The notes under the pieces were generated by a model. That model was not told the origin of the DNA, did not search any database, and worked only from the letters and a program-made list of their open reading frames with translations. Shown here piece after piece: positions 62,393-64,000 of a stretch of DNA of 64,000 nucleotides; within the stretch, counting starts at the first letter, position 1; the number at the start of each line of letters is the position of its first letter. A program made the position numbers and the translations under genes. The DNA is taken from assembly GCF_964204645.1 (NCBI RefSeq), contig NC_134026.1:14914150-14978149 (forward strand), in the 5' to 3' direction. The DNA comes from Tubulanus polymorphus (Eukaryota > Animalia > Nemertea).

Positions 62393-64000
62393 TTAACACG
62401 TTATAGTCCTATTCATTATTTCCTTTTCTTTCTCTTCTTCTCTTTTAAATTTTAGATATTCATCTAAATTACAACCATATGCAACTGTATGAATTCCATC
62501 ATCTAAAATATATCTTTTATCGCCAAATGGGTTTAGACTTACCTTTTCAATTTCTTCAATAAACATCTCGTGGTACTCAGATCTTAAACATCTCATCTTA
62601 TGTTTTCTAACTTCTTCATTGAATATACAATTGATGTAATCTTTGAAATAAATATTCTTTTCTACTACACTTTTGGTTATTCCTTTTAACTTTTTAGATT
62701 CATGTTCTTTCTATCATTTCTTCACCACCTAATTCATCCTTAAACTTCCCGGGTCGCTTTTTATTATCATTGCTAAACAATTCATAGTCTTTAGGATAGT
62801 TACTGAAATCAAAATGATGTTTTAATGTTTTTAAATCATCAGTTATGTTATTAGTTTTTATCTTTAATATGTAACTGTCAGTATTTTTTATGATTAATGG
62901 AAATCCACAATTAAATGTACCATCTTCAGTTGTTAAATCATAAACATATTCTGTAGGATTGGATATTTCAAATAAATCTCTAACTTCTTCTGTTAGTTCA
63001 TCTTCTATATGCGTTAATTGAAATACATTTAGTTTATCTTTTCTAATATTAACTAACATATTAAATCCTAATGAATTGCATAATGTATTTAATCCTGATA
63101 TAGCAACTTTTCCTTTTTGTGTCAAAGATATAGTTTTCTGTTTTTTTGAACCATCTGCAGCATAAAATCCAATGAAGAACCATTTTCTTAAATCATATTT
63201 TGCATTTATTACATAATCTGGAACTACCTTTCTTTAGTTGAAGTATTACTTTTAACTATTGCATGAATATAGAATTCGTAATTATATTTTATAGCAAAAT
63301 CTTTAGGGTTATTTACAAGTATTCTATAAACTGCTGTTGATTTCATATAATCCACGATTCTAAATGTTTTATGTGAATAAACTTCTTCACAGTCTTTCTT
63401 AATTCTTTCTAATAATTTCAAATCTTGATTGCATAAACACCAACAATATTTATAACCACTAACATAATTATACACACCTGCTGAACCATCTCCCATAAAA
63501 AATCCTTTGATAAAATATTCTTTTTCTTCTAATGTTTCGGGTTCTATATTATAAATATTATCAATTATTTCATCAAATGACATATGATTCATTCTTGGGT
63601 AAAATCTTTTATGTAATAATTCATCTCCAATTTTTATATCAGTTGGTTTTATTTCATCACCATTTTATTTAATTAAACTATGATCTTCAGTAACATCAAC
63701 AAATCCTAATTTAGTTCTAACTCTATAGATTTTCTTATTCGCTTTATGCCTAATTATATTCTTTAATTTCACCCATCCATTTTTTGTCCAAACATCCAAT
63801 AATGCATTTATTTCTATTAATTCTTTTTCACCATACGAAATATAAAGTTCATTTTGTTTTGGAATTATTTCTGAAATTCTTCTAATTAACATTTTATTAT
63901 TATATTTTAAAAATATTGGGGTGTCAGCTGTAACAGAATCAAAGTATAGAATTTCTATATGTTTTTCTCCAAAATGAGGTTGTAATACATTATAATAGAA
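62393..64000 (-). pseudogene. polB: pPolB C-terminal part with intein (runs off the window end)
   Basis: FYYNVLQPHFGEKHIEILYFD-[intein]-TDSYILKIK...GKFKDELGG...NPFGDKRYILDDG; small deletion near 62705. Confidence 0.93.
62883..63937 (-). mobile_element. Intein with LAGLIDADG homing endonuclease at the pPolB YFD|TDS site (~352 aa; one stop, one frameshift)
   Basis: Block A SVTADTPIF; block B VDVTEDHSL; block C FIKGFFMGDGS; block E FFIGFYAADGS; block F EYVYDLTTEDGTF; block G LIIKN followed by +1 Thr; precisely absent from copy B. Confidence 0.93.

Larger units (their letters stand above)
28875..64000. mobile_element. Cluster of about 5 rearranged partial copies of a Polinton/Maverick (adintovirus-like) endogenous virus
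   Basis: Abrupt shift to very AT-rich, intronless, densely packed ORFs; pPolB, RVE integrase, packaging ATPase and capsid-like genes repeated in both orientations. Confidence 0.92.

Noticed and set aside
28875-64000. Contaminating free virus or bacterial prophage
   Set aside because: Genes are pseudogenised, carry a host Penelope insertion with TSD, and related ends are interleaved with host transposons at 18-21 kb; read-level confirmation is still advisable

Overview
Eukaryotic (most likely invertebrate animal) genomic DNA made almost entirely of mobile elements; no host gene is recognisable. 1-28.9 kb is a nest of transposons: a decayed ZNF862-type hAT transposase, CR1/L2 LINE fragments, Helentron-associated (HINE-like) elements with ~154-bp satellite cores, several MITEs, a complete Academ (XPG-type) element (9260-16351, GAA TSD), a complete Harbinger (21949-28871, TTA TSD, apparently intact spliced transposase) and Penelope-like relics with hammerhead-like motifs. 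28.9-64 kb is a very AT-rich, rearranged cluster of about five partial copies of one Polinton/Maverick (adintovirus-like) endogenous virus: protein-primed PolB, RVE integrase, packaging ATPase, probable major and minor capsid proteins, HNH nucleases and several membrane proteins. The most striking observation is that one pPolB copy (62393-64000, minus) carries a ~352-aa LAGLIDADG intein at the catalytic YFD|TDS (Pol-c) site. A sister copy is intein-free at that site, and a third copy breaks off 18 nt before it. The virus also shows fold-back hairpin ends, TAAATG initiation contexts on most genes and no recognisable adenain protease, which may point to a virophage-like association with a large cytoplasmic DNA virus (inference). 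All calls come from reading motifs by eye; no database search was run.
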